From contig JAXINS010000015.1 in the NCBI GenBank assembly GCA_034190395.1, forward strand, positions 3,679-67,678: a stretch of DNA of 64,000 nucleotides. Reading direction: 5' to 3'. Below, piece after piece: positions 36,487 to 46,430 of the stretch. How positions within the stretch are numbered: the stretch's first letter is position 1; each line of letters begins with the position of its first letter. The notes below the pieces were generated by a model. It was not told the DNA's origin, did no database searches, and saw only the letters and a list, made by a program, of their open reading frames with translations. Source of the DNA: Candidatus Chewarchaeum aethiopicum. GTDB lineage: Archaea; Halobacteriota; Halobacteria; Halobacteriales; Hikarchaeaceae. Both the position numbers and the translations under genes were made by a program.

Positions 36487-38709
36487 TTACTGGAAGCCGA
36501 TCCGACTGCTGCGGCGGCGTTCGGGACCCCTGGAGCCGCCCTTGAACTCCTCTTCCATCTGCTCGAAGTAATCCAGCAGGTCGTCGGTGATCGTCGGCCG
36601 CACTGATTCCATCGCCGCCCGGAAGTGGCGCATATCGACGTCTTCGGCCTCCGGATCGTCTCGGAGGGCCTCGATCGCGGCCTCGCGGGCGATTGAGCGC
36701 AGATCCGAGCCGACGTAGCCATCGGTGATCTCGGCGATCTCCCGCAGACTGACGTCGGCTGACAGCGGCGTATCGCCGGTGTGGATCTTGAGGATCTCCT
36801 CGCGCCCCTCGAGTTCGGGGGCTTCGACCATCACCAGCCGGTCGAACCGTCCCGAGCGGATCAACGCCGGATCGATCATGTCCGGGCGGTTGGTCGCGCC
36901 GATCACCATCACTTCCTCCATCTCTTCGAGGCCATCGAGCTCGGTCAGCAGCTGGTTGACGACCCGTTCGGAGACGTTGTTACCCATGTCTTGGCCCCGC
37001 GAGGGCGCCAGCGCATCGAGCTCGTCGAAGAAGATCACACACGGGGACACCTGCCGGGCCTTCCGGAAGGTCTGACGGATCGCCTTCTCGGATTCGCCGA
37101 CCCACTTGCTGAGCAACTGGGGCCCGCGGACGGAGATGAAGTTGGCGTTGGTTTCGTTGGCGACGGCCTTGGCCATGAGGGTCTTGCCGGTGCCCGGTGG
37201 GCCGTACAGTAACACCCCCGATGGGGGATCGATCCCCATCCGCTCGAACCGTTCCGGCGAGCGCAGCGGCCACTCGACGGCTTCCTGGATCTCGCGTTTG
37301 GCGTTCTCCAAGCCGCCGACGTCCTCCCAGGTGACCTTCGGGAGTTCGACGAGTACCTCCCGCATCGCCGAGGGCTCGACCTCGCCAAGCGCCCGGCGGA
37401 AGTCCTCGCGTTTGATGATCATCCGATCGATGAGACTCGGCGGGATGTCCTCCTCGTCGAGGTCGATCTCGGGGAGGTATCGTCGGAGAGCCCGCATCGC
37501 GGCTTCTTTGGTCAGGCTCTCGATGTCGGCGCCGACGAAGCCGTGGGTTTCGTCGGCCAGCCGGTCGAGACTGACGTCGTCCGAGAGGGGCATGCCACGC
37601 GTATGGATCTGGAGGATCTCCTGGCGTCCGGATTCGTCGGGCACGCCGATCTCGATCTCGCGGTCGAATCGACCGGGCCGACGCAACGCGGGATCGACGG
37701 AGTCAACGCGGTTGGTCGCCGCGATGACGATGACCTGTCCACGGGATTCGAGGCCGTCCATCATCGTCAGCAGTTGGGCGACGACACGCCGTTCGACCTC
37801 GCCGGTGACGTCTTCGCGTTTGGGGGCGATCGAGTCGAGTTCGTCGATGAAGATGATCGACGGCGACTCCTCGTCGGCGTCCTCGAAGATCTCCCGGAGC
37901 TGTTGTTCGGATTCCCCGTAATATTTCGAGATAATCTCGGGTCCGGCGATCGAGAAGAAACTCGCCGACGTCTCGTTGGCGACGGCTTTCGCCAGCAGGG
38001 TCTTGCCGGTGCCGGGTGGCCCGTGGAGCAACACGCCCTGTGGCGGTTCGATCCCCAGCTTCTGGAAGATCTGGGGGTGTTTCATCGGCAGTTCGACCAT
38101 CTCGCGGACGCGCTGGATCTCGTCTTCGAGGCCGCCGATGTCCTCGTAGGTGATCCCGCTGCCGGTCTTTTCGAACCCGGAGATCGGCTCCTCGCGGAGT
38201 TCGACCTCGGTATCCTCGGTGATCAACGCGACGCCATCGGGGTCGGTTTCGACGGCGATCAACGGGATCGCCTGACCGGGCGAGCGCATGAACGGATGGT
38301 TCGTACTCGACATCACGGGGACGATGTCCCCCTCGACGACCGGCCGCTTGAGGATCTGTCGTTTGACCATCCCGGCGGCGTCCGATCCGAACTGGACGCT
38401 TGCTTCCTCGGGCGGTGCTAAGACGAGTGTATCGGCTTTTTCGGCCTCCGCTTTGCGGATCGTGACCCGTTCGCCAATGCCGACATCGGCGTTCTGACGG
38501 GTGAAGCCGTCGATGCGGACGGTGTCGGTGTTCCAATCCTGGCGGTCGGCACGCCAGACCTTGGCGGCGGTGGTCTCGCCGCCCTCGATCTCGATGATGT
38601 CTCCCGGGCTCAGCTTCAGGTGGAGTAGCGTATCCGGGTCGAGGCGGGCGATCCCGCGACCGGAGTCATTGGGGTACGCTTTGGCCACCTCTAGTTGCAC
38701 TTCATTCAT
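36487..38709 (-). CDS. cdc48: CDC48/VCP-type AAA+ ATPase (two AAA domains)
   Basis: CDC48 N-domain ([25 protein letters not shown]), two Walker A motifs (GPPGTGKT twice), two Walker B motifs ([16 protein letters not shown]), 740 aa. Confidence 0.95.
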   Translation of the reverse strand: MNEVQLEVAKAYPNDSGRGIARLDPDTLLHLKLSPGDIIEIEGGETTAAKVWRADRQDWNTDTVRIDGFTRQNADVGIGERVTIRKAEAEKADTLVLAPPEEASVQFGSDAAGMVKRQILKRPVVEGDIVPVMSSTNHPFMRSPGQAIPLIAVETDPDGVALITEDTEVELREEPISGFEKTGSGITYEDIGGLEDEIQRVREMVELPMKHPQIFQKLGIEPPQGVLLHGPPGTGKTLLAKAVANETSASFFSIAGPEIISKYYGESEQQLREIFEDADEESPSIIFIDELDSIAPKREDVTGEVERRVVAQLLTMMDGLESRGQVIVIAATNRVDSVDPALRRPGRFDREIEIGVPDESGRQEILQIHTRGMPLSDDVSLDRLADETHGFVGADIESLTKEAAMRALRRYLPEIDLDEEDIPPSLIDRMIIKREDFRRALGEVEPSAMREVLVELPKVTWEDVGGLENAKREIQEAVEWPLRSPERFERMGIDPPSGVLLYGPPGTGKTLMAKAVANETNANFISVRGPQLLSKWVGESEKAIRQTFRKARQVSPCVIFFDELDALAPSRGQDMGNNVSERVVNQLLTELDGLEEMEEVMVIGATNRPDMIDPALIRSGRFDRLVMVEAPELEGREEILKIHTGDTPLSADVSLREIAEITDGYVGSDLRSIAREAAIEALRDDPEAEDVDMRHFRAAMESVRPTITDDLLDYFEQMEEEFKGGSRGPERRRSSRIGFQ

Positions 38710-38874
38710 GATTTTACGACGCTAGTAGACACTACTGCTTCAGGCGGCAAGCGGAATAGTTCTTTTGTTGACCCCCCTACGGCAGTGGGCTTTGTCGCGC
38801 CGACCGGCGTCGGGGTTGGCGAGCCGGATCGGCCGACCGTGGTGCTTTTGCTCGTTCGCTTCGCCCCTCCGAGC

Positions 38875-40206
38875 ATGCGTATCCTCGCCATCGACGGTCG
38901 GGTCGGGGCAAGCGGTGACATGCTGTTGGGCGCCCTCATCGATGCTGGTGCTGATCCGGCCGTCCTGGCGCCGGTGACCGACGCGCTGTCCGTCGAGTAC
39001 GAGATCGAGACGGTCGTCGAGACGGGGATCGAGGCGAGCCGCGTGCAGGTGGTCCGGACCGACGATCCCGATCGATCGTCTGACGACGCCGACATGACGG
39101 ACGACACCGAATCGACGGTCCACGGTGACGATCATACCCACGACGATGCGGATGGACATGCCCACGATCACGGGGACGATCATGCCCACGCCGACACACC
39201 GGCCGAGGGCCACGGACCCAGCCGACGCTACAGTGCCGTCCTCGATATCGTCGATTCGATGGATCTCCCGGCGGGTGTGAGGAGCCGGGCGACGGCCGTC
39301 TTTGATCGACTGGCGACCGCCGAGGCGGCCGTCCATGGCACCGACCCCGCCGAGACACACTTCCACGAAGTCGGTGCCGACGACGCTATCGCCGATATCG
39401 TCGGTGTTACGCTCCTGCTCGACGATCTCGACGTCGACCGGATCGTCACGACTCCACTGGCCGCCGGTGGTGGCGAAGTAACCTTCAGCCATGGGACGTA
39501 TCCGGTGCCGGTGCCGGCCGTCGTCGAACTCGCTGTCGATGCCGACTGGTCGCTCCGTGGCGGCCCGGTCGAAACCGAGTTGCTCACTCCGACTGGTGCT
39601 GCCCTGCTCGCCGAATTCGCCGACGGTGTCGAGTCGTTACCGCCGCTGTCAGTTTCGACCATGGGGTATGGTGCCGGCCAAAAGAGTCTCGCGGACCGGC
39701 CGAACGTCCTCCGGGTGCTCGTCGGCGACGGCCGTGGTTCGTTGACCCGTGAGGAGATCCGTGTGCTCGAAACCAATCTCGATGACGCCTCGCCGGAACT
39801 TCTCGGTGGTCTCCAGGAAACGCTCGCCGAGGTTGGAGCCCGGGACGTTTCGATCGTCCCGCTGACGATGAAGAAATCTCGGCCGGGACATCTGGTCAAG
39901 GTCGTCGTCAAACCCGAGGACGTCGAACGAGTTGCCCGGCGGTTAGCGACCGAAACTGGGTCCCTGGGCGTTCGGGAAGCTGCCGTCTCCCACCGCTGGA
40001 TCGCTGACCGAACCGTCGAGACCGTCTCGATCGAGATCGACGGCGACGCCTACGAGGTCGCGGTGAAGGTGGGCCGCGACGACGCTGGCTCGGTGTTCGA
40101 TATCAGTGCCGAGTACGACGATGCTGCTGCTGTCGCCGAGACGACCGATCGACCGATCAAGTGGGTCATGGGTGTCGCCGAGGCGGCCTATCGACGATCG
40201 GATTAG
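38875..40206 (+). CDS. larC: nickel insertion protein LarC (DUF111) with a His/Asp-rich insert
   Basis: MRILAIDGRVGASGDMLLGALIDAGADP is the DUF111 signature. His-rich stretch HGDDHTHDDADGHAHDHGDDHAHAD. ATG confirmed at 38875. Confidence 0.85.
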   Translation: MRILAIDGRVGASGDMLLGALIDAGADPAVLAPVTDALSVEYEIETVVETGIEASRVQVVRTDDPDRSSDDADMTDDTESTVHGDDHTHDDADGHAHDHGDDHAHADTPAEGHGPSRRYSAVLDIVDSMDLPAGVRSRATAVFDRLATAEAAVHGTDPAETHFHEVGADDAIADIVGVTLLLDDLDVDRIVTTPLAAGGGEVTFSHGTYPVPVPAVVELAVDADWSLRGGPVETELLTPTGAALLAEFADGVESLPPLSVSTMGYGAGQKSLADRPNVLRVLVGDGRGSLTREEIRVLETNLDDASPELLGGLQETLAEVGARDVSIVPLTMKKSRPGHLVKVVVKPEDVERVARRLATETGSLGVREAAVSHRWIADRTVETVSIEIDGDAYEVAVKVGRDDAGSVFDISAEYDDAAAVAETTDRPIKWVMGVAEAAYRRSD

Positions 40207-40209
40207 GGA

Positions 40210-40968
40210 TCAGGGATCCTCTTCGCCGTCGGTTTCGGTCGTTCCCTCGCCGTGTTCGGCGAGTGCGTCATCGATGGTTAGTTCGCCTTTCGCGACCCGG
40301 CGGGCTAACCCTTCGTCGATCGCCCGGTTCTCGCCGGACTGTTCCCGTGAGCGATCCTTGATGACCTGTAGTTCGCCGGCCGTCGGCTCGATCGTCCGGT
40401 TTTCGATGACTTCCCCCTCCAAGCGGGCGATGTTGACTGCCGCCAGTACGTCCCCCATGCCCCGGGCACCGGTCCCGAGCGACGGTGTTGTACCTGTCTC
40501 GTCGACCAGTTCGACACGCACGTCATCGAGCGCCTCGATGATCCGCGTTCCCTGGACGCGGGCCCCATCGCCGATCCGGACGATCGGGTCGATGGCGCCC
40601 GCGACTTCCGTCCGGATCGTCTCGGCGGCGTCGGCCAACGGCACCTGAAACGCCGCCACGACGATTTCGCCGGTCAGCACGGCGATCCCGGGTCGGACAC
40701 CTGGATCGACGCCGATCACCGTCCGGCCGCTGTCGCTACGCAGCATTGCGACGGCCTCCTCGACCGTTCGGCGGGGATCCTCGGGATCGCCGATGATGAC
40801 CTCCCGTGTCGTCTCGATCTCGTCGTCCTCGCCGGTGATTACGATCGTCGCGTCCTCGGGCAGCGGATCGCCGGGTTCGACCGTACTGAAGGAGACTCCC
40901 CGATCACGGAGTTCGTTGACGACACCGTGATAGATCTCGAAATCCGCGGTCGCGACGACGACGCTCAC
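40210..40968 (-). CDS. conserved hypothetical protein with an RNase H-fold-like GVDPG motif; start uncertain
   Basis: VIGVDPGVRPGIAVL resembles RuvC/YqgF-type first-strand motifs. Acidic C-terminal tail. GTG 40968 (MSVVVATADFEIY...) preferred. Alternative ATGs at 41004 and 41145 add basic, atypical residues. Confidence 0.55.
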   Translation of the reverse strand: MSVVVATADFEIYHGVVNELRDRGVSFSTVEPGDPLPEDATIVITGEDDEIETTREVIIGDPEDPRRTVEEAVAMLRSDSGRTVIGVDPGVRPGIAVLTGEIVVAAFQVPLADAAETIRTEVAGAIDPIVRIGDGARVQGTRIIEALDDVRVELVDETGTTPSLGTGARGMGDVLAAVNIARLEGEVIENRTIEPTAGELQVIKDRSREQSGENRAIDEGLARRVAKGELTIDDALAEHGEGTTETDGEEDP

Positions 40969-41069
40969 TACCGTAACCCTACCGGATGCCCGGGAAAAAG
41001 CCATTCGGTGGGACGGTCGCTCGGTTGGTCGTCGCCGCTGGCCACTCATGCATAGTCGGTGGGGTTTTG

Positions 41070-41813
41070 ATGCCCGCCCCGCAACGGCGGATAGTGACCC
41101 GGGACGACGAGGGGCCGGAACCGATATCGACGGGCTGTGAGGCACTCGATTCGCTGCTCGGTGGTGGGATCGATCGGGGTGCTGTTACCCAGTTTTACGG
41201 TCCGCCGGCATCCGGCAAGACCAACGTCGCGCTCAGTGCTGCCGTCGAGGTCGCAAGCAACGACGGCACGACCGTCTACATCGATACGGAGGACCTCTCG
41301 ATCGATCGGTTCCGGCAGCTCGCTGACGGCCGGAACGGGCCGGCCAGCGTCGACGAGCTTGCCTCTCGGGTGGTGATCAAGGAGGCGGCGACGTTCGACC
41401 AACAGCGAACCGCCGTCGGCGAGGTCGAGGATTTAAGCGAACGGGCTGATCTGATCGTTCTCGACAGCGCGACCGGTTTCTATCGGCTCGAACGATCCGG
41501 CGACCAGGACGACGGCGAATCACTTCGGGAAGTCGCCCGCCAGGTCGCCCATCTGCTCTCGCTGGCCCGGCGATTCGATCTGGCGATCCTCGTTACCAAC
41601 CAAGTGTATACCGACCCCGAGACCGATCGGCTCAGACCGCTCGGCGGCCAGACCCTCGCTCACTGGACCGGCGTCGTCGTCCGGCTCGAACGGTTCCGTG
41701 GCGGCAACCGTCGGGCGACCCTCGAGAAACACCGGTCACGGGCCACCGGGGACAGTATTCGATTCAAGATCACGGGCGACGGCTTAGTCGGGATTGAGGG
41801 CGATACGGTCTGA
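41070..41813 (+). CDS. radB: DNA repair and recombination protein RadB
   Basis: STGCEALDSLLGGGIDRGAVTQFYGPPASGKTNVAL (Walker A), LIVLDS (Walker B), about 247 aa without a RadA N-terminal domain. ATG confirmed at 41070. Confidence 0.85.
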   Translation: MPAPQRRIVTRDDEGPEPISTGCEALDSLLGGGIDRGAVTQFYGPPASGKTNVALSAAVEVASNDGTTVYIDTEDLSIDRFRQLADGRNGPASVDELASRVVIKEAATFDQQRTAVGEVEDLSERADLIVLDSATGFYRLERSGDQDDGESLREVARQVAHLLSLARRFDLAILVTNQVYTDPETDRLRPLGGQTLAHWTGVVVRLERFRGGNRRATLEKHRSRATGDSIRFKITGDGLVGIEGDTV

Positions 41814-41841
41814 CCGCTACGTTCCACGTTTGTGCACGCTG

Positions 41842-41850
41842 TTTTTATTT
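41842..41850 (+). terminator. T-rich tract (TTTTTATTT) between convergent radB and the MFS gene
   Basis: Oligo-T 29 nt after the radB stop. Confidence 0.3.
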
Positions 41851-41854
41851 CCGC

Positions 41855-43183
41855 CTACGATTTCGTTTCGATTGGGATCGTAATCTCGTATCGCAACAGC
41901 GGGATCGCGACCAATAGTAACGTCACCAGCACGGCGCCGGCGGAGATCATGTAGCTGCGTTGGTAGCCAAACCAGTTGGTGACCATCGGGATCGCGAGCA
42001 GCGGACCGGCACTGAGGCCGACGTCCCCCAGAACGTTGTAGACGCCACCGAGCCGGCCGACCTGATCACCGGGGGTCATGTCCCCGAGCATCGCCATCAG
42101 TGCTGGCCCCGTTCCGCCGGTGCCGACGCCGATGAGGGCGGTCCCCAGAAAGAGTCCCTCGATCGTCGGCATCATCGCGAGGATAGTGAGTCCGCTCGCC
42201 ATCGAGATGAACGCCGGGACCGTCACCCACACCCGATTCGAGAGCGCATCCGAGAGCCGGCCGCTGATGACCGTTGTCGCACTCGAGGCGAGCACGCCGA
42301 CACCGAGGACGATGCCGCTGATCCCGGCAGCCGTGAGCACGCCGAGACGGATCCCATAGACGTCGGCGTACTTGACGACCGTCGCCATGAGGATGCCGCC
42401 GAAAATAAACCGGATCGTCATGTTGCCGATCCCCAGCGGGAGGATCTGTGGGCGTTCCCGCACCAACTGCGGAATATCACGCAACCGGGCCCGCTGGCCG
42501 GTCTCCGGTTGGGTGTCGGGTAACACGACGAATGCGACGGCTCCGGCGAGCAACGCCAGAATTCCGGCCAGCAGAAACGCGATCCCGGGACTGAGAATAT
42601 CCGTGACGATCCCACCGAGGATCAATCCCGTCGGGAACCCGAGGCTCTGGCCACCCCGCATGTAGCCAAGCCATTTGCCCCGATTTCGGTTGCTGGTCAC
42701 GTAGGTAATCGTCGCGAACGCCCCCAGGAAGACGAATGCCGACCCGACCCCCCAGATCGCCCGCGAGAGAAAGAATACGAAACCGGGATTCGACACCGAG
42801 CCGATCCGTGGCAAAACGATGAACGTGCCGTTCGGGACCATCAATCCGAGGACGTAGCCAAACGGCGCCAGCCCTTGGACGAACAACCCGGCGATCATCG
42901 GCTTACGGGCGCCGAACTTATCGATGACGTTGCCGGCGGGGGTGTTCATGAACAGCCGGCTGATCCGGTTGATCGACAGGATCAACCCGAGCATCACCGC
43001 GGTGATGCCCAGAAGCTCATCGAGCAACGGCAAAATCGGGAAGGCAACGCCGGTGGCGACTCCCCCGAAGAAGACGCCGCTGATGATCGCGATCGCGACG
43101 GTCCGAATCTCCGACTCGGTGTACGATTCGTCGGGGTCGTCGGACTCGTTGGTTGGGTTCTCGTCAGTTGGATCGTCGGTCAT
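41855..43183 (-). CDS. MFS transporter
   Basis: 12 TM helices, loop motif GNVIDKFGARKPMIAG, acidic N-terminal tail. Confidence 0.85.
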   Translation of the reverse strand: MTDDPTDENPTNESDDPDESYTESEIRTVAIAIISGVFFGGVATGVAFPILPLLDELLGITAVMLGLILSINRISRLFMNTPAGNVIDKFGARKPMIAGLFVQGLAPFGYVLGLMVPNGTFIVLPRIGSVSNPGFVFFLSRAIWGVGSAFVFLGAFATITYVTSNRNRGKWLGYMRGGQSLGFPTGLILGGIVTDILSPGIAFLLAGILALLAGAVAFVVLPDTQPETGQRARLRDIPQLVRERPQILPLGIGNMTIRFIFGGILMATVVKYADVYGIRLGVLTAAGISGIVLGVGVLASSATTVISGRLSDALSNRVWVTVPAFISMASGLTILAMMPTIEGLFLGTALIGVGTGGTGPALMAMLGDMTPGDQVGRLGGVYNVLGDVGLSAGPLLAIPMVTNWFGYQRSYMISAGAVLVTLLLVAIPLLRYEITIPIETKS

Positions 43184-43314
43184 CGATCGGCTGGCTTCCG
43201 GTCGGGCGAGATACTCATCGGGACGATCACGGGGGACACGTACCTGAGCCGTTGATAACGATCCGGGTTAACTGTTCTCGAAACGGCAGACCCGGCCTGA
43301 AAGCCGCGGTTTTC

Positions 43315-44457
43315 TCAGAGTTCACCGAGCTTTCGCAGGAGCTGCCCGCGATATTCCTCGTCGTGTTGGATGCCCTTGAGCTCGAGGACGTTCCGTTCGA
43401 GCTTATCGAGCGCGACGTAGAAGGCGTTCTGGGCGCCATAGCCCTCCCCGGATCCGGCGACCTGGCCCTGATTGGTTCGCATCCGGATCTGACACTGGAT
43501 CAGCGGCGTGCCACGGAGTTTCTCCTTGTGTTTGTGCAACCGCACGTGGGCGTGTTCGACGTGCATGTCGCCGTACTTGTTGGCGACTTCCTCGATCGCC
43601 TCGCGGATCTCCTGGCGGCTGATCGTATCGAGTAGCTTGATGTTGGTGATCTGGACGTCGAGGTGTTCCTCCTCGGTAAACGAAAGTGCCCGGAGCACGT
43701 CGGTTTTGGTCACGATCCCTTCGATCATTCGATCGTCCTCGTCGGTGGTGACGATCAGGCCAGCGTAGTCGTTTGCGAGCATCGTCTCGACGGCCTCCTG
43801 GACGGAGGTGCCAAGCGCCGTCGTTTCGACGGGGCTGGTCATGAGATCGTAGACCGGCAGATCGAGCATCCGGTCGCTGTCGCCGGCCCGATCGCCGGTC
43901 GTCGCCCGTTGCATGTTCCGGGTGACGAAATTGACGATGTCGTGGGTCGTGATGACGCCGGTGAGATAGCCGTTCTCGTTGACCACCGGCAGCCGAGAGA
44001 TGCCGTGTTCACGAAGCAGGTTGATCACGCGTCCGACGTCGTCGTCCTCCCGGATCGTGACGACGTCCTCGGTGTAGATGTCATCGACGGTGAGCGCATC
44101 GAGGTTTTCGAGGACGGCCTCGAGGATGGCGTCCTCGGTGACGATCCCCCAGAGTTTCTCGCCTTCGAAGACCGGCGCGGCTTTGGTGCCCCCCTCGACC
44201 AGCATCCGGGCGACGTCGCGGATGTTCTCACGACGGTCGACCTGCGGTGCGGGCTGCATTACGGCCGAGACTTTGGTATCGTCCTCGATATGGGATTGAA
44301 TGAGCTGCTTTTGCGTGACGACCCCGGCGTAGTCGCCGTCCTCGGTGACGATGACTGCTTTCGGATTTTCCTCGTCGAAAATCGCCCGCACCTTGCCGAG
44401 CCGTTCATCGATATCGACCTCGATAGAATCGGCCCTCGCGACATCCGCAATATCCAT
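43315..44457 (-). CDS. four-CBS-domain protein with a C-terminal HPF/RaiA (ribosomal S30AE)-like domain
   Basis: Four CBS repeats (e.g. GVVTQKQLI, WGIVTEDAILEAV, GVITTHDIVNFV, GIVTKTDVLRAL). The last 110 aa (VQITNIK..., HAHVRLHKH, IQCQIRMRT, AGSGEGYGAQNAFYVALDKLERNVLELK) follow the beta-alpha-beta-beta-beta-alpha pattern of hibernation factors. Confidence 0.8.
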   Translation of the reverse strand: MDIADVARADSIEVDIDERLGKVRAIFDEENPKAVIVTEDGDYAGVVTQKQLIQSHIEDDTKVSAVMQPAPQVDRRENIRDVARMLVEGGTKAAPVFEGEKLWGIVTEDAILEAVLENLDALTVDDIYTEDVVTIREDDDVGRVINLLREHGISRLPVVNENGYLTGVITTHDIVNFVTRNMQRATTGDRAGDSDRMLDLPVYDLMTSPVETTALGTSVQEAVETMLANDYAGLIVTTDEDDRMIEGIVTKTDVLRALSFTEEEHLDVQITNIKLLDTISRQEIREAIEEVANKYGDMHVEHAHVRLHKHKEKLRGTPLIQCQIRMRTNQGQVAGSGEGYGAQNAFYVALDKLERNVLELKGIQHDEEYRGQLLRKLGEL

Positions 44458-44550
44458 ATCGTCAACTCGGCCGCGAACGCTCTTGAAGCTTATCAGACAC
44501 GGCCGTCGTCGGTAGCGTTAAGCGACTGTGCTCGAAGATACCGCCATCGC

Positions 44551-44850
44551 GTGTTTCCGGATATCGGCGCCGTCTTTGGCCCCTATACGTATCTCGCCAC
44601 CGAGGTCGTCTTCGGGAGCGTCGCGCTCGCGTTACTGATTCGAGCTGAGGCCCTCGCTCGGGCGGGCAAAACCGTCGCGGTGTTGTACCCGATCGCGTAT
44701 GTTTGGGATTGGTATACGCTACATATCGGCGTGTTTGCGATCGAACTCCGCACCGGCGTCAACCTGGCCGGGATCCCGATCGAGGAACACATCTTCATGT
44801 TCGTCGTCCCGGCCTTGGTGATCGGCGTCCACGAAACCGTCCACAGCTGA
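44551..44850 (+). CDS. lycopene-cyclase-domain protein (single about 99-aa half-domain)
   Basis: YVWDWYTLHIGVF...LAGIPIEEHIFMFVVPALV matches the CrtYc/d-type PxEE motif. GTG 44551 is the only start codon between the divergent CBS gene and the conserved region. Confidence 0.55.
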   Translation: MFPDIGAVFGPYTYLATEVVFGSVALALLIRAEALARAGKTVAVLYPIAYVWDWYTLHIGVFAIELRTGVNLAGIPIEEHIFMFVVPALVIGVHETVHS

Positions 44851-44890
44851 GTGTCGTCCCCACCGCTTTTTCGTGCTCTCGGTGTAGTGA

Positions 44891-45334
44891 ATGATGGATA
44901 CTATGACATCGGTTCAGGACCTCCAAGACGCACTCGATGGGATCGTCCACGCCGACACTCAGGTTGGCGAGCTCGGGATCGATCTGACGGTTGGGGAGAT
45001 CTACGACATCGACGGCCCGGGACGCATCGATTTCGGCGGCGGCGAACTCGAACCCGCCGAGCTTTCAGCTCACGACCGGACGTGGCGCAACCCGGATGAC
45101 GATTACCAGTGGTGGCACCTCGACGATGGACAGTATCTCATCGAGTACAACGAGACGCTCACCGGCGATACCATCGGCGTACTCGAACCACGGCCAGCGA
45201 TGCTCGAACGTGGCGTCGCCCATCCAACGGTCCACGTTCAGGCGTTACCACGGATGCCACTAGCGGTCGGTGCCGGCGGCGTTCGGATCAAGGAAAACGC
45301 CCGGATCTCGCGATTGATGCCAGGCTCGGCCTGA
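44891..45334 (+). CDS. dCTP deaminase/dUTPase-superfamily protein
   Basis: GIDLTVGEIY..., WHLDDGQYLIEYNETL, and a PRPAMLERG block resemble archaeal Dcd/Dut jelly-roll motifs. Assignment is by pattern only. Confidence 0.55.
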   Translation: MMDTMTSVQDLQDALDGIVHADTQVGELGIDLTVGEIYDIDGPGRIDFGGGELEPAELSAHDRTWRNPDDDYQWWHLDDGQYLIEYNETLTGDTIGVLEPRPAMLERGVAHPTVHVQALPRMPLAVGAGGVRIKENARISRLMPGSA

Positions 45335-45356
45335 CGACACCGGTTGTCCCGCCCGC

Positions 45357-45575
45357 CTACGTACTCCGGCCCTGTAACCAGATTCGGCCGTGTATCAGGT
45401 AGTTGACTAAGAGGCCGGCCGCGATGGCGACCGGGACGACGAACAGGCTCGCGACGAGCGGCAGTTCTTGCGGAAGTGCGAGCAAGCCGGCGTTGCCGAG
45501 GATAACGACAATAACCGCCGTGACCATCGCCGGTCGATCCGCTTTGGGCAACATTGCACCACGGTCGTCTGCCAT
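45357..45575 (-). CDS. small two-TM membrane protein
   Basis: 72-aa ATG ORF with two hydrophobic helices (MVTAVIVVILGNAGLLAL, LFVVPVAIAAGLLVNYLI). Confidence 0.45.
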   Translation of the reverse strand: MADDRGAMLPKADRPAMVTAVIVVILGNAGLLALPQELPLVASLFVVPVAIAAGLLVNYLIHGRIWLQGRST

Positions 45576-45668
45576 AGCTGTTCCTTATCGCTCGAAGGGC
45601 TTGAACCCCGCTGTTGTCAGTTCGCCAACAAAGGAACGGCGATGCACTCGTTTCCCGGCCAGTCCCCG

Positions 45669-46430
45669 TCAATCCGAGGTCGCTGGCTCGCCGGAACTCT
45701 CTTTCCGGTCGTCGAACGCCGGGAGGTTCGGGTCCCGATACGGTGACCGCCCGAAGACGGCACCCTCGAGGTCCCGTTTTTCGATCTCCGTTTCGAGGAC
45801 CCGATTGAGCCGGTTGACGCTCGTCGTGTCGAGATCGTGTTCCTCAAGGAGCCGCTGGTAGTGTTGTTCGTCCTTGATCGAGGTGAACTGTTCGTAGAGC
45901 GACTCCAGCGTTTCTGGGGTTTGATCGGCCAGCCACTCGGTGTCCTGCAGGCCGAGTTTCGTCATTCGCTCGCGGTCGACGACGTGTTGGATCGTAACTA
46001 AGGCGACCTTCGGAATGGCGCGTTGGCTCCCGAAAGCGGTCAGATCGAGTTCGGCCATCAGCCCGAGAACGCGGTCGCGCTCCCAGGGGGTCAAATCGAG
46101 AGTGTTACACAGCGCATGGGTGATCCGCGCCTTATCGAGTCGGTGCATCCGTTCGCTGTGCCCGGTCATCGCCGGGTGTTGTTCGTCGTGAAGCCGGCGC
46201 AGGTTCTCGTCGATATCGGCCATGGGATCGGACGCACGACCGATCTTTGTGGCACTCGGGGTGACGATATCCCAGCGACGGATCTGAGTGTCCCGCCGGG
46301 CTTCCCGCCGTTCGAGGGTGCCGTCGCCCGGGAGAGCACTCGGCGGGATCTCCGTCGATCGATCGGTTTGGGGGCGTGGGAGCCGCGTCCGTGTCGGTGT
46401 GGCGGGCGATCCGTCGCCGTCGCCGGTCAT
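45669..46430 (-). CDS. conserved hypothetical helical protein; start uncertain
   Basis: Acidic 253-aa ORF. The region ITHALCNTLDLTPWERDRVLGLMAELDL..AIPKVALVTIQHVV looks like a cyclin/TFB-type helical repeat, a weak impression only. Alternative ATG at 46223. Confidence 0.6.
   Translation of the reverse strand: MTGDGDGSPATPTRTRLPRPQTDRSTEIPPSALPGDGTLERREARRDTQIRRWDIVTPSATKIGRASDPMADIDENLRRLHDEQHPAMTGHSERMHRLDKARITHALCNTLDLTPWERDRVLGLMAELDLTAFGSQRAIPKVALVTIQHVVDRERMTKLGLQDTEWLADQTPETLESLYEQFTSIKDEQHYQRLLEEHDLDTTSVNRLNRVLETEIEKRDLEGAVFGRSPYRDPNLPAFDDRKESSGEPATSD

Noticed and set aside
36487-38709. Cdc48 as part of a novel system with LarC or creatininase neighbours
   Set aside because: The neighbouring genes are in mixed orientations with their own intergenic regions and unrelated housekeeping functions. 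There is no evidence of an operon.
43663-44550. N-terminal 296 codons of the 395-aa plus-strand ORF
   Set aside because: Antisense to the CBS-HPF gene and without motifs. Only the last 99 codons (lycopene-cyclase domain) are retained.
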